From assembly GCF_009914755.1 (NCBI RefSeq), contig NC_060935.1: DNA of 64,000 nt. The stretch is one strand, 5' to 3'. Below are positions 11,531 to 24,191 of the stretch, one piece after another (position 1 is the first letter of the stretch; each line of letters opens with the position of its first letter). The DNA is from the human T2T-CHM13v2.0 reference genome, Homo sapiens. Below the pieces are notes generated by a model. That model had not been told where the DNA came from. It did no database searches and worked only from the letters and a program-made list of their open reading frames with translations. The position numbers were made by a program, and so were the translations under genes.

Positions 11531-12004
11531 GGCTGGACGAAGTGGCTCATGCCTATAGTCCCAGCACTTTGGGAGGCCTCACAAAGCAGGTGGATCGCTT
11601 GAGCCCAGGAGTTCAAGACCAGCCTGGGCAACACAGGGAGACCCTGTCTCTACAAAAAATACAAAAATTAGCCGGGCGTGGAGTGGGGGTGGGGGGTGGG
11701 GGAGGGATAGCATTAGGAGAAATACCTAATGTAAATCATGAGTTAATGGGTGCAGCAAACCAACATGGCACATGTATACATATGTAACAAACCTGTACAT
11801 TGTGCACATGAACCCTAGAACTTAAAGTATAACAAAAAAGTACAAAAATTAGCTGGGCACACTCCTGTAGTCCCAGCTACTCAGGAGGCTGAGGTGGGAA
11901 GATCACTTGAGCCCGGGAGATTGAGGCTGCAGTGAGCCGTGATCCTGCCAATGTACTCCAGCCTGGGTGACAGGGTGAATTCCTGTCTTAAAAAAAAAAA
12001 AAAA
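11531..12004 (+). mobile_element. AluJ split at its linker by a short L1PA 3' end
   Basis: Left arm 11531-11677, L1 about 11678-11840, right arm 11841-12004. Confidence 0.85.
11678..11840 (+). mobile_element. Severely 5'-truncated L1PA (L1PA4-6-like) 3' end
   Basis: GGGGAGGGATAGCATTAGGAGAAATACCTAATGTAAAT...CCCTAGAACTTAAAGTATAA. Confidence 0.9.
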
Positions 12005-12255
12005 GTAAGAGATATTATGAATAACTTTAGAGAATAAATTGTATAATTTAGATGAGATGGACAAATTTGTTTTTCAAAATACTAACTTACCAAAACTGAA
12101 AAACACAAAAATAGAAAATCCAAATTATTGGGTGCCCATTAAATATATTTGAATCTCTCCAAATGAAAATCATTCCTTAAAGAGCCACTTGCTATCATTT
12201 GTTTTATAGCAAAATATAAAGATTGAGATAGAAACTGCTATCACAGAATAGCATG

Positions 12256-12355
12256 CGAGGTTGCAGTGAGCCGAGATGGCGCCATTGCACTTCAGCCTGG
12301 GCAACAAGAGTGAAACTCTGTCTCAAAAAAATAAAATAAAATGAAATAAAAAAAT
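12256..12355 (+). mobile_element. Alu 3' fragment (AluSq-like)
   Basis: GAGGTTGCAGTGAGCCGAGAT...GGGCAACAAGAGTGAAACT plus an A-rich tail. Confidence 0.85.
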
Positions 12356-13179
12356 TAAGAAGTGAATTTATCAAAGTCACTGGATACAGACATCATAGTT
12401 AAAAATCAACTGTATTTATATATGCTAACATGAAAAAACTGGAAAATGACATTTTAAAACAAAACAATTTGCATTAGGATAATGAAAAGAATAATAATAT
12501 CTGAGAACATTTAGCATCAAAACACCAGATACCTAGAAATAAACCAAAAAATGTACAGGAGCTGTACTAAAAACTACAAAACACTGCTGAGAGAAATTAA
12601 AGAAGATCTGCATAGATGAAAGAATATACCATGTCCCTGTATTGTGAAGATGCTGGTTCTCCCCTATTGATCTATAGGTTCAATGTAATCCCTATCAAAA
12701 TCCCAGCTACCATCTATAAAAATTAATAAATGTATCCTAAATTTTACATGGAAAGGCAAAAGATTTAGAATAGTCAAAACAAAAATGAAAAAGAACAAAG
12801 TTAAAGAACTTACATTACCAAATATCAAGATTTATTACAAAATGTAAGACAATTAAAATAGTGATATTGGCACATGATAGAAAAACATATCAATGAAACA
12901 AAATAGAGAGTCTAGTAAACAGACTCATTCATATAAGACTCCCTAATTTATGAAACAAGTGCCATTAGAATGCAGTTGTGGAAAATGCTACATTTTTAAT
13001 AATTAATATTTTAATGAAATTTTATCACACCTCAAAGTATGCCAAAAAAACACAATTCTACATGCATTACAGGTCTAAATGTAAAAGGAAAAACAATATC
13101 GCTTTTGAAAGTAACACAGGACATATTCTTAACATTGAAGTGAGCAAAGTAATCTCTTAATATAAGACACAAAAATCAC

Positions 13180-13540
13180 AGTAGAGGGGTTGGGAGATGT
13201 TGGTCAAAGGATACAAAATTTCAGTTAGATAGTAAGAATAAGTTCAAGAGATCTACTGTACAATATGATGACTACACTTAATAACAATGTATTATATTAT
13301 TAAAATTGCTAAGAGAGTAGATTTTAAGTGGTTCTCACCACAAAAAAATTGAAACGAATTTTGAAATTAAAAAATTGAAAAAATATGAAGCCTCATTTTG
13401 TGGTTCTCACTACAAAAGAATAAGTACGTGAAGTAATACATGTTAATTAGCTCAAGGTAGTCATTCTACAATGTATACATATTTCAAAACATCATGTTGT
13501 ACAACATAAACACAATTTGTATTTGTCAATTTTTAAAAAT
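13180..13540 (+). mobile_element. L1MA 3' end
   Basis: GTTGGTCAAAGGATACAAAATTTCAGTTAGA...AAAATTGCTAAGAGAGTAGATTTTAAG. Confidence 0.75.
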
Positions 13541-14139
13541 GGCTTACCATAAAAGATTGATAAATCTAACTTCTTTAAAATTAAGAATTTATGTTTATCA
13601 ACAGACTATAAAGCTATGAAATACAAATGTCCAACAAACAGCTCATATCCAAAATGTATAGAAAACTCCTACAAATCAATGAGAAAAATGAAAGGCAAAC
13701 CAACTTTAAAAGAAACAAGCAAAAGACTTGAATAGGCGCTTAATGAAAGAGGATATCCAAATGACCAATAAATACAATAAAATGTGAAAAACATCATTAG
13801 TCACCAAAATAATGCAAATTAAAACCACAATGACTAACTTTTTAATCCCCTCAGAATGAGTAAAATGTTATTAAGTGTTGGTGAGGGTATAGAGCAACTA
13901 GAACTTCAACACTCTGTTGGTGGGAATATGAGTTGGTATCTACAATTTAGAATCCTATTTGGCAGTATCTACTAAAATTGTACAAATGCATAGCCTATGA
14001 CCCAGCAATTCCACTCCTTGATATAGAAACAACAGAAATACACACATATGTGCACTAAAAGACACAGACAAGAACATCTACAGCAGCATTGTTTATAATT
14101 ACCCCAGACTGGAAACAATACAGATATTCATTATTAGTA

Positions 14140-14196
14140 GAATGAATGAATGAATGAATGAATGAATGAATGAATGAATGAATAAATAAATAAATA
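14140..14196. repeat. (GAAT)n(AAAT)n microsatellite
   Basis: Directly visible. Confidence 0.9.
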
Positions 14197-15289
14197 GTGT
14201 TGTATTCATATAATAGAATACTATACAACAATGAAAAATAATGACTTTCTGCTACAAAGAATCACATTAATAAATCTCACAGACATAATTTTGAGAGAAA
14301 GGAGCTAAACACAAAGAAGTACCCACTGTATGATTCCATTTATATTAAGTTCCAAACATCAGAAGTAATCTATAGTGACAGAAATCAGAATGTTGGTTAC
14401 TTTTGAGTGAAGGATAATGATTAAAAGGGGCATAAAGGCTTCTGTAGTGCTATTAATATTCTACATTGGGGGATGTTACATAGGCATGTTGCATTGCAAA
14501 ATTTGTTCAAATTCATCAAGCTTCTTACATGTATGAATGTGTTATACTTCAATGAAAATGTTTTCCCCAAAAATCTGATATGTGGACAAAAGTAATATGA
14601 TTACAATAAATTAAGTCTCTAGTGTCCAGAGCAGTTTACTTTTCATTTTTTATATACAGGAAATTTATCTCTTGTTCATTCACTCTACTGCAAACTCAAA
14701 AAACTTAAAGACAAGATTCTTCTTTACCCACATAAAGCCTTGTCGTATCAGTTGCTTTGTGGATGTGCACGTATTTGTATAACTACAAGTAGACACTGGG
14801 ATGAAGATGGACTTTAACTTTCACATAGCGGAAGAGGAAGTAAGAGTCCTTGATGACCTGAAAATAACCTGCCATCCAAGTGACATTTAAAATGAGAAGC
14901 TTCTTAAATGTCTATTTTTACCATAAACTTTCCTAAGGAATCAGCCTTCATCATCTTCATCTTTTGGTAACACATAAGCTAATGTTCATCCGCTTGAACA
15001 CATACAAAAATTTCAAAATAAAGAAAGCTCTGCATGACACTGAGTACCAGGTGGCATTCTGACACATCACCATGAGGAAGTAGAAGGAAGTCATTTTTTA
15101 AAACTATTTTAAAGAACTGTAGCAAAGCCCACTGGCAAAACCCAAGGAAAATCAATGTTGTCATCTGCTTCATAGATATTCAGATTTTACAAATAATATT
15201 AAAGCCATTCCAAACCCTTTGGGAATGTGCCTTGATGCCACAAAGAAAATTGCCACAAATGGGCACTTTCCTGAAGTCTAAGTGTGTGG

Positions 15290-15900
15290 GGGAAGGGGCG
15301 GGGGAGGTGGATCCTGCCATGCAAATAAATTCTCAGGAAGCTGTGAAGATATTAGCTATTTTACTCAATTTATTCCAAGCTGAAACATAATAGTACATTA
15401 TAAATCTGTTTTGATTTTACTTAATCTAATGAAAAAATGTTCGTCTTTTTGATAAGTACTCATTAGCCATTTTTTTCGACATAAACAGACAGGAAAGATG
15501 TTCTTGCACTGCATTTAAAACTCAACTCAGCTAATTACAGTGCAATGACTCAAAGAACAAAATCGACGTACTGAAGTTTCTTACTTGAATTGTCTTTATA
15601 GTTGAATTAAAAATCTAACAAAAAAAAAAAATTAAAAGGGTCCCAGCAGTGTGTTTTACACTTAGGTTGAACAATGTTTAAGTAAACAAAGGTCAAAGTC
15701 TAGCACATGATATAAATTTTCAAATTTTCTGATGTTAATTCCTCTCTAAGAGCAGTTGCTGAATTTGTCACCAAACGTGTGTTTACATGGGAGGTGGGGA
15801 AGATGCTTTCTTTTTTGGGAGCAGTGATGAATTTGTATAAACAATTCACCTTATTTCACTTAGTCCATTGCGAGACCAAAAGTCAACATGCAAATAAGAT
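15290..15900. promoter_or_regulatory. Candidate enhancer: FOX, nuclear-receptor DR1 and octamer motif cluster
   Basis: GC box 15295-15303; ATGCAAAT at 15319 and 15888; TGTTTA at 15675 and GTAAACA at 15682; DR1 AGGTCA-A-AGTCTA at 15690-15702; TGTTTAC at 15780. All lie in repeat-free sequence. Confidence 0.4.
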
Positions 15901-16499
15901 CTAGTTAGTGTTGGAGCCAGGCTAGGAACAGGGAATTGTGTGAAGCTAAGAGAAAGATATAAGAATCAAACTTACAGCCCAGGCTTTTATGCCCAGGACT
16001 TTTAGGAATATCAGATGGTTTGGGCTTTTTGGATCACAGAGTATTAATCCGCTGTAACATTATCCTGAATGAGCCTGAGAAAAATTAGTGCCATTTCCCA
16101 AAATGCTTGATTTAAGCTCCAGAAAGAATTTTAACTCATCTGGGTTGGGATATCTCAAATAGTGGTATGACTCAAATGATCATTTCATTGATTTTTACAA
16201 TTCATTTTTATTATAAAATTTATATATTTACCTGAAGCTAGAAATTTTAAAAATTATTTTAGATCTGTGATACATAAATTATGCCTATTGTACCTAAACT
16301 GCCATCACAAAAAGGAGCAATTAAAATTAAATTAAATGTCACTTTTTCCTACCCTCTGTATGACATCAGTATTTAAATGAGTACATGTAGGCTTTTTTAA
16401 GGTTAATTTGAATGAACAAACAAAATAACAAGAGAACAGTCTACTACTGAGCTCATTAGATGGATGGCTGAGTCACCTTCATAAATGATTTTGCTAGCT

Positions 16500-17360
16500 T
16501 AAATTAGTCATTAGGCACTGGAGACTAAGAAAAAACATACATCTTGTGTCTTTCAGGAATTCAAATTGGTCTTACCTGTGTTAAGAAAATAGCTATGCTT
16601 CACTAACAAAGATATAAGCACAGTAGACCTGCACCCTGAAGCAACAATGCATAGCTTGGAGGTTACAAAGCCAGGTTGAAGAAGGCACATTTTACACTTA
16701 GGTTGAACACATTGGGCTTCTTCTTACCTCCATGCTTTGCATGTGCTGAGCCTTCTGCACAGCATGCCTTTCCCCCTTAAAATTTCAACTCACCCTGTAA
16801 GACCCAGCTCAAATGTCACCTTCTTAATCACATGCTCCCTGATCATTCTCCCCTCTCTGTCTACAACCTCTAATAATCAGACATGTTCTCCTTCACTCAT
16901 TCTTTCAGCAAACTGCTCCTGGGGTTGGGAAACACCAGTGAACAAAACAGGCACAAATATCCCTTCCCTTAGGAAGCTGACATTTTTGTGGGTGAAGATA
17001 GTACAAATAAATATTTTTAAAACTAGATTATATAGAATGTTATACATTGATAAGGGTATGAAAAAAAAGACTGCAGTAAGAATGGGGAGTGAGTGGGGGT
17101 TGTTTGGGAAGAGTAGCGATTAAAAGCAGGGGTTGGATTAAATCCAATTAAGAAGTGACAAAGACATGCAGAATGTGAGGGCCTCTCAACGTTTCGTACT
17201 ACCTCTCCCCACATACCATTTTGCAATTTCTCATTTTCATTTCAGTCTTCCTCATTAAGCTGGGTGCTCCCCACAGGCAGGGACTAAGTGAGTTACCTTT
17301 TTGTTTCCAGTATATAGTACAGCACCTGGCAGGAATTGCTCAATTCATGAATGAACAAAT
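16500..17360. mobile_element. L2 fragments (both orientations)
   Basis: CAGCTCAAATGTCACCTTC; CAGGCAGGGAC...CAGCACCTGGCA...TGAATGAA. Confidence 0.6.
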
Positions 17361-17814
17361 GAAGGAAACTCTTCACAGTCTCCATAGTTGAAGAATCAGT
17401 CACTTCTCCTTCCCCTACATTTTTAACGGTGCTTTACTTTGTTTACCTTTAATATGTAATAAGTATCCCCAGGTCCCCAGATAATCTTCCTGTTCTCTCA
17501 ACAGTGATCTTCAAAGTGTGTGATGTACATCAAGGAGCTATGCAGAACAAGTCCTTGTTGAGAAGCGTGGGAGGCAAGAAGGAAGTACTAGAACTTCTAC
17601 TCAGGTTGATTTTTTTAGTATCAAAACTAAGAGAGAAATTGTTAATAGAATATAATCTACGGCTTGATTGACACTCTCACAGTGACACCTGGGATATCCT
17701 AAGGGAAGGGAGGCATTCCTCTTTAGACAGTAGCATCCCCACTTGGACAGGATGGCCCTTGATAGATAGATCATACATTGTTTATTATCTACTCCAAAAT
17801 ATATAAACCAGTGG

Positions 17815-18135
17815 TTTTATTATTTATTTATTTTTACAGACAGGGTCTCATTCTGTCGCCCAGGCTGGAGTGCAATGGCCAATCATAGCTCAAGGCAGCC
17901 TCAACCTCCTGGGCTCAAGGGATCCTCCTGCCTCAGCTTCCCAAGTAGCTAGGACTACAGGCACGTACAGGCACACGTCCCCACACTTGGTTAATTTTTT
18001 ATTTTTCTATTTTTTTGTGGAGACAGAGGTCTCACTATGTTGCCCATTTGGTCTCAAACTCTTAGCCTCAAGCAGTCCTCCCACCTCAGCCTCCCAGAGT
18101 GTGGAGATTACAGGCATAAGCCACTGCGCCCAGCC
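17815..18135 (-). mobile_element. AluJ
   Basis: Reverse dimer; CTCCTGGGCTCAAG J-type positions. Confidence 0.9.
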
Positions 18136-18189
18136 TAGACCAGTGCCTTTTAAATGATGCCATTTTTAAAAGCCACAGATTGAAGGTAA

Positions 18190-19005
18190 CAGTCATATGC
18201 CACTTAATGGTGGGGGTACGTGCTAAGAAATGCATCACTGGGCAATTTCACTGTTGTGCGAACATGATAGAATGCATTTACATAAACCTAGATGGTGTAG
18301 CCTACTACACACATAGGCTCTCTATTGCTCCTAGGCTACAAACCTGTATAGCATGTTACTGTACTGAATACCGTAGGCAATTGTAACACAATGGTAAGGA
18401 TGTATGTATCTAAACATATCTAAAGATTTAAAAAAGGTACAGTTAAGACACGGTATAAAAGATTTAAACTGGTACACCTGTATGGGGCACTTACCATGAA
18501 GCCTGCAGGACTGGAAGTTGCTCTGGGCAAGTCAGAGAGTGAGTGGTGAGTGAATGTGAAGCCCTAGGACATCGCTGTACACTACTGCAGTCTTTAGAAA
18601 ACAGTACACTTAGACTACACCAAATATATATTTAAAACATTTAAATATGTATGTCTTCAATAATAAATTAACCTCAGCTTATTGTAATTTTTTATTGTAT
18701 AAACTTTTTAACATTTTTAAACTTTTTGACTCTTTTGTAATAGCACTTAGCTTAAAACACAAACACATTGTACAGCTGTACAAAAAGAATAAGGACTATA
18801 TCCTTATTTCTACCTAAAATTTTGTTTTAGCTTTTTGAAGTTTTTTGTAAAAAACGAAGACACAAACACACACATGAGCCTCGGCCTACACAGACAGGTT
18901 CAAGATCATCAGTATCACTGTCTCCACCTTCACCATCTTATCCCCTGGAAGGTCTTCAGGGGCAATAATCCTCATGGAGCTGACATCGCCTATGATAACA
19001 ATGCC
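18190..19005. mobile_element. Tigger3 (MER7/Golem) DNA transposon fragment
   Basis: TA-CAGTCAT...GAAATGCATC...AAACCTAGATGGTGTAGCCTACTACACAC...GGAAGTTGCTCTGGG. Confidence 0.8.
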
Positions 19006-19009
19006 TGTT

Positions 19010-19310
19010 TGACAATGAAAAGCAAGTAAAAATCTGCTGGGGATTTCAGGGACAGCTTTTGTTTCACCAATATAGGCCCCACCCCTCCCTCCTTTGCTGG
19101 TCTGGAATTCTGAGGTGAGACTAAGAGCAGCCATCTTGTGACTATGAAGCAACAGGCATGAAGGCAACATCATAGGAAAAGGACAGCAGAGAGGAAAGAT
19201 AGAAAGGGTCTGGAACCATCCAGGATGAGCCCTGGCTGTGGGAAAAAGTAGACTCTATTCAATCTAGTCACTGAAGTCAAGTGCCTGTTATATGCGGCCA
19301 AACACAATAT
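19010..19310 (+). mobile_element. MLT1-type MaLR LTR fragment
   Basis: GCAGCCATCTTGTGACTATGAAG motif. Confidence 0.5.
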
Positions 19311-19315
19311 CCTTT

Positions 19316-19592
19316 TCTTTCTTTCCTTCCTTTCTTTTTTTTTTTGACAGAGTCTTGCTCTGTTGCCCAGGCTGGAGTGCAGTGGCACTATCGCCACTCA
19401 CTGCAACTCTGCCTCTGGGCTCAAGTGATCAAGGAGATGGAACGACAGGCACGCGCCACCAAGCCTGACAATATTTTTTTAATGGGATTTCACCATGTTG
19501 CCCAGGCTGGGCTCGAACTCCTGAGCTCAGGCAATCTGCCCTCCTTGAACTCCCAGAGTGCTGGGATTACAGGAGTGAGCCGCCATGCCCAG
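19316..19592 (-). mobile_element. Alu (J/S) with internal deletion
   Basis: TSD AAACACAATAT(C/T)CTTT. Confidence 0.85.
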
Positions 19593-19749
19593 AAAACACA
19601 ATATTCTTTTGAGGTTTATAATTTAACAGCAAAAGACAAAGGCCACATATCAATGGGAAACATGTTCTTCCTGCTGCTTTCCAAATGGCTGAAATTATAT
19701 GCAGAAAACAACATGGCAACTACCTAAAATGCCTGTTTCTAGTCTATAA

Positions 19750-20165
<416 letters not shown>

Positions 20166-20639
20166 CACATCTACATTTTTTTAATGGGAAGACCACAAGG
20201 ATATTTCCTTTGTCCCATAAATTTTATGATGAGCTATAGATAAAGATAGGCATCTCAAAAGAGTCAACCAACTAATGAACTTTCTGACAGGAGCAAGACG
20301 ATACGACGCATTATCTTCTTCACTTTTATTGTAATATCTCTTTATTATAAAAGTGATATATGCACTTGATAAAATATTTAAGCACTACAGATCATTAAAT
20401 AAAAAATTCATCTCTTCAAAGGTTATCTTTACAAATAGTTATTACCACATGATTCAATGGCTTGTTCCCTACTGTCCACCCACACTGATCCCTCACTCCA
20501 CCCCAAACCCCACCCCACATCTGGATGTCCATATTCAGGAGTGGGATTACTTGGATTTCCATGTAACCACCAGACTAGTTGAGGTCTCCCTCTCCATCCT
20601 CTCTCTCATCACTTACCACCTTTTCTAATTATATAATTG

Positions 20640-20782
20640 TCAGTGTGTTTGTTTAATATCTGTCTTATTGTCCAGACAGGGATTCTCCAAGGGCAGGGAC
20701 CCATTGTCCTTGTTTTTGTTTTATGATATGCCCTGATCCTGGCAGGCACTCAACATATATTTGATTAATGAATGAATGAATA
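20640..20782 (+). mobile_element. L2 3' end
   Basis: GGGCAGGGAC...GGCACTCAA...TGAATGAATGAAT. Confidence 0.6.
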
Positions 20783-20809
20783 TTGATGAGTATTAGAAGT
20801 AATGAAGTT

Positions 20810-21114
<305 letters not shown>

Positions 21115-22816
21115 AGTAATGAAGTTCCGATTTCAAAACAACATGTTGTACAAATAAAGGTGCACAATTTTTAGTTGTCAATTTAAATAAATAGACCATA
21201 AATAAATAAAAGAAGTGAAGTTCTGAGGAACTGAACCAAAACTTGTCTTTGTACCTCAGTGACCTGGTAAGGGCTGGAAGGACAGAGTTGTCAGAGACAG
21301 AAAAGCACCAGGTACCCATGATTCAAGTCAAGACCTTCTTGTTCCCTGAGGAACAGCAAATGCTTATTCCCAGCAAAGGAACAGCAGCCTTGGTCTCCAT
21401 GGGCTTATAGGAAAGGGCTTATAGGAAAGAAATATTTCTTCTTTGTGCTGTGACCTGTTCAAAGAACGAAGCCTTTTCATCAGGCTCCTCCTTATATGTT
21501 TCCTTCTTCATAAACAGAAGGTTCTGATACCTGGGAGACTTCTTGGATGCAGAAGCCTGACTGAGAGCAGAAAGAGCCGTCTGTAAGCCAACCCTCTCTC
21601 CTGCTGGAAAACGAGTGATTTGCACCCTCCCCTCTGCAGTAAACCTTTCTAACATCACAAAACCCCACCACTTGACTTGGGCATCCTGACTATGGCCAAG
21701 CAGAGTTGGTGGTTAGAGATGGGAGCCAATGCCACCCTACAGTAGGGGCCCACCCACTAAGCTCGCCCTCAGATGTTCCCTGAGGAGAACAAAACAAGTG
21801 TATACCAAGGCACCCAGTGATGACTGGGCTGCCGGGTTCTGATGAAATTGTAGTTTCTCCTGCCTTCTCCCCTCCTCCCGGGAATGAAAACAGCATATGA
21901 AGATGGCAGAGGATGACAGTCATTTTAGCATAATGATCATATTGGAGACAACCACTGGATGGTTTATCATATTTTGGAGATATTACCACTGAGAAGACCA
22001 TCGTGAAAATCCCCCTTGACCCCACCATTCAGTGCCCTGGTACCACCTGGTCAAGACCACAGCGAAATCAGCCAGCATAGGAAGAGGCACAACTCAGAGG
22101 ATTGGATGCAAACAAATAAAAAATGACAGGACCACAAGGGAGGTAGAGAAAAGGTAGGAGGTCAAGAGAGGGAAGGGTTCTTAGCCTCCCTGAACCTGCT
22201 TCTCCATCTATAAAGTGGGAGTGATTAACATAAAGTCCCAAATTTAGGTGCAAAATGTCAACTGCACAAACGTGGGGTGGGGAATCTCTGAAGAGAACTA
22301 GGGGTTTTAGATGATTACAAGGTCAGTATGATGCACAGACTGATGTTTGTGGTTGTTAAAAAACACAGTCTCCAGGTGCATTAATAACATATGTAAAACT
22401 GTTTGCAATAAATAAGACAGGAACAGTTCTATCCTTTCTGCATGTCTTTGAGATACAGCATTATGGTCTTAAGGGAAACTATCTTAAGTTACAGAGGAAA
22501 ACGATCAGAATGGCAAAGGCCGAAAAACCGTGGCATCTGGGATGATCACGATTTGAGACCAGCAGGAATGGCTCCCACAGTAGCAGCAGGTGCATCCTTT
22601 CCGACCATCTTGGCCTGTGCCTCTTTACCTTTTCTATGAGTCTGACGATCAGTAGCCTCTTCCTAATTGTGAAACCGCCCTTCCTTTACCTATCTCAGCA
22701 GACAACAAAGGATTTAACCAACAGGTCAGTTTGGTCTATTTTATGTGTATGTCTGTGTGTCTGTATAAATATATAAGCATTTATTTATGTCCTGCTCATT
22801 CTAAAAGGGATTCAAG

Positions 22817-22995
22817 GGGTGGACACAGTGGTGTGCACTTGTAATCCCAGCTACTTGGGAGGCTGAGGCGGGAGGATCGCTTGAGGCCAGGAGTTTGGGG
22901 CTACTGTAGTGTGCTTTGATCACGTATGAGAATAGCCACTGTACTCCAGCCTGGGCAACATAGTGAGACCCCATCTCAAAAAAATAAATAATAAG
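22817..22995 (+). mobile_element. FAM (fossil Alu monomer)
   Basis: Monomer retaining the 7SL-like GAATAGCCACTGTACTCCAGCCTGGGCAACATAG; TSD TAAAAG(G/A)GATTCAAG. Confidence 0.85.
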
Positions 22996-23564
22996 TAAAA
23001 GAGATTCAAGGTGGCTTACAGTGATGTACACAATGAAAATAGTGCACAGTGGAGAAGAGACAAGAAGGAGAAATATTCTCTTATTCTACCTCTTCTCCTT
23101 CCCTGCCCCTTTTTGTCTTGGGTTCCCAAGTCACAGCCACCATTCGGTTTCACCCAGAACCTGCTCTGAGTGGGCCTGCTTCAGCAATGGCAGCCGAGTC
23201 AAATCTATGTATTTACCTTCATCTTCTCTGGCTCATTTCTTCAGCATTTACTTAACACCATCCAGTAGGCACTGGAAATGCTACAGTGATCAGACAAGGC
23301 TACTTCCCCCAAAGAGTTCATGGTCTCAAACCCAGCCTTCTCCCAACAATAGATAGAAAGTTAAAGAAACCAACAATATTGACTTAGAAAATACAAACTT
23401 AGAGGAGATAGGATTCTTGTTTCCAAAAATGTGAAGGGCTCCCATATGATTTAGCTTTTTAGTTTAGTTTTCAACTATGTTATTTTATGTGCACTTTTAT
23501 TTGAGAAGACCTCAACTTCCTCTTGGCTCTAAGTAAGTTATAAATTAGAAATGAGTACATACAG

Positions 23565-23820
23565 GGCATCAATATAGCAGAGTGGTTAAATGCAGGGGTT
23601 TTAGACTTAGCTATCTTGATTTCAAATCCAAGTCTGGCTATTAGATGTGACTTTAGATTCATTAGATCAGACTTTGGGCAAATTATATAACATCTTCTAA
23701 CATCAATTTCTTCATCTTTGACAATACCAATATGTTGTGAAGATTAAGTGGCATAATGTATGCCAAATGCTTAGCACAGGGGCCAGCACATAGTAAGTAC
23801 TCAAACAACAGTAGCTAGTT
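23565..23820 (+). mobile_element. MIR
   Basis: GAGTGGTTAA...TTCAAATCC...TTGGGCAAATTA...GCTTAGCACAG...CACATAGTAAGTACTCAA. Confidence 0.7.
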
Positions 23821-23894
23821 CTCATTAAATCCGTGTATATTTGAAGACATATAGTATAGTAAATAGTGACAGACGTGAGCTAAATTGTGATTTT

Positions 23895-24191
23895 TATTTA
23901 TTTTTATTTATTTATTTTGAGGCAGTCTTGCTCTGTCGCCCAGGCTACAGCACAGCCTCAGCTCACTGCAACCTCCGCCTCCTGGGTTCAAGTGATTCTC
24001 CTGCCTCAGCCTCCAGAGTGGCTGGGACTATAGGCACGTATCACCACGCCTGGCTAATTTTTTTTGTAATCTTACTACAGACAGGTTTTCACCATGTTGG
24101 CCAGGCTGATCTCAAACTCCTGACCTCAAGTGATCCGCCCACCCTGGCCTCCCAGTGCTGGGATTACAGGCATGAGCCACCACACCCAGCT
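23895..24191 (-). mobile_element. AluS
   Basis: Reverse dimer with a small deletion. Confidence 0.9.

Noticed and set aside
21690-22650. Possible ancient repeats (L3/CR1, MER-type) or exons
   Set aside because: Similarity is too weak to call by eye, and the ORFs have no recognisable domain.
22817-22995. 7SL RNA gene
   Set aside because: Lacks most of the S domain and has a TSD and A tail; it is a FAM retrocopy.
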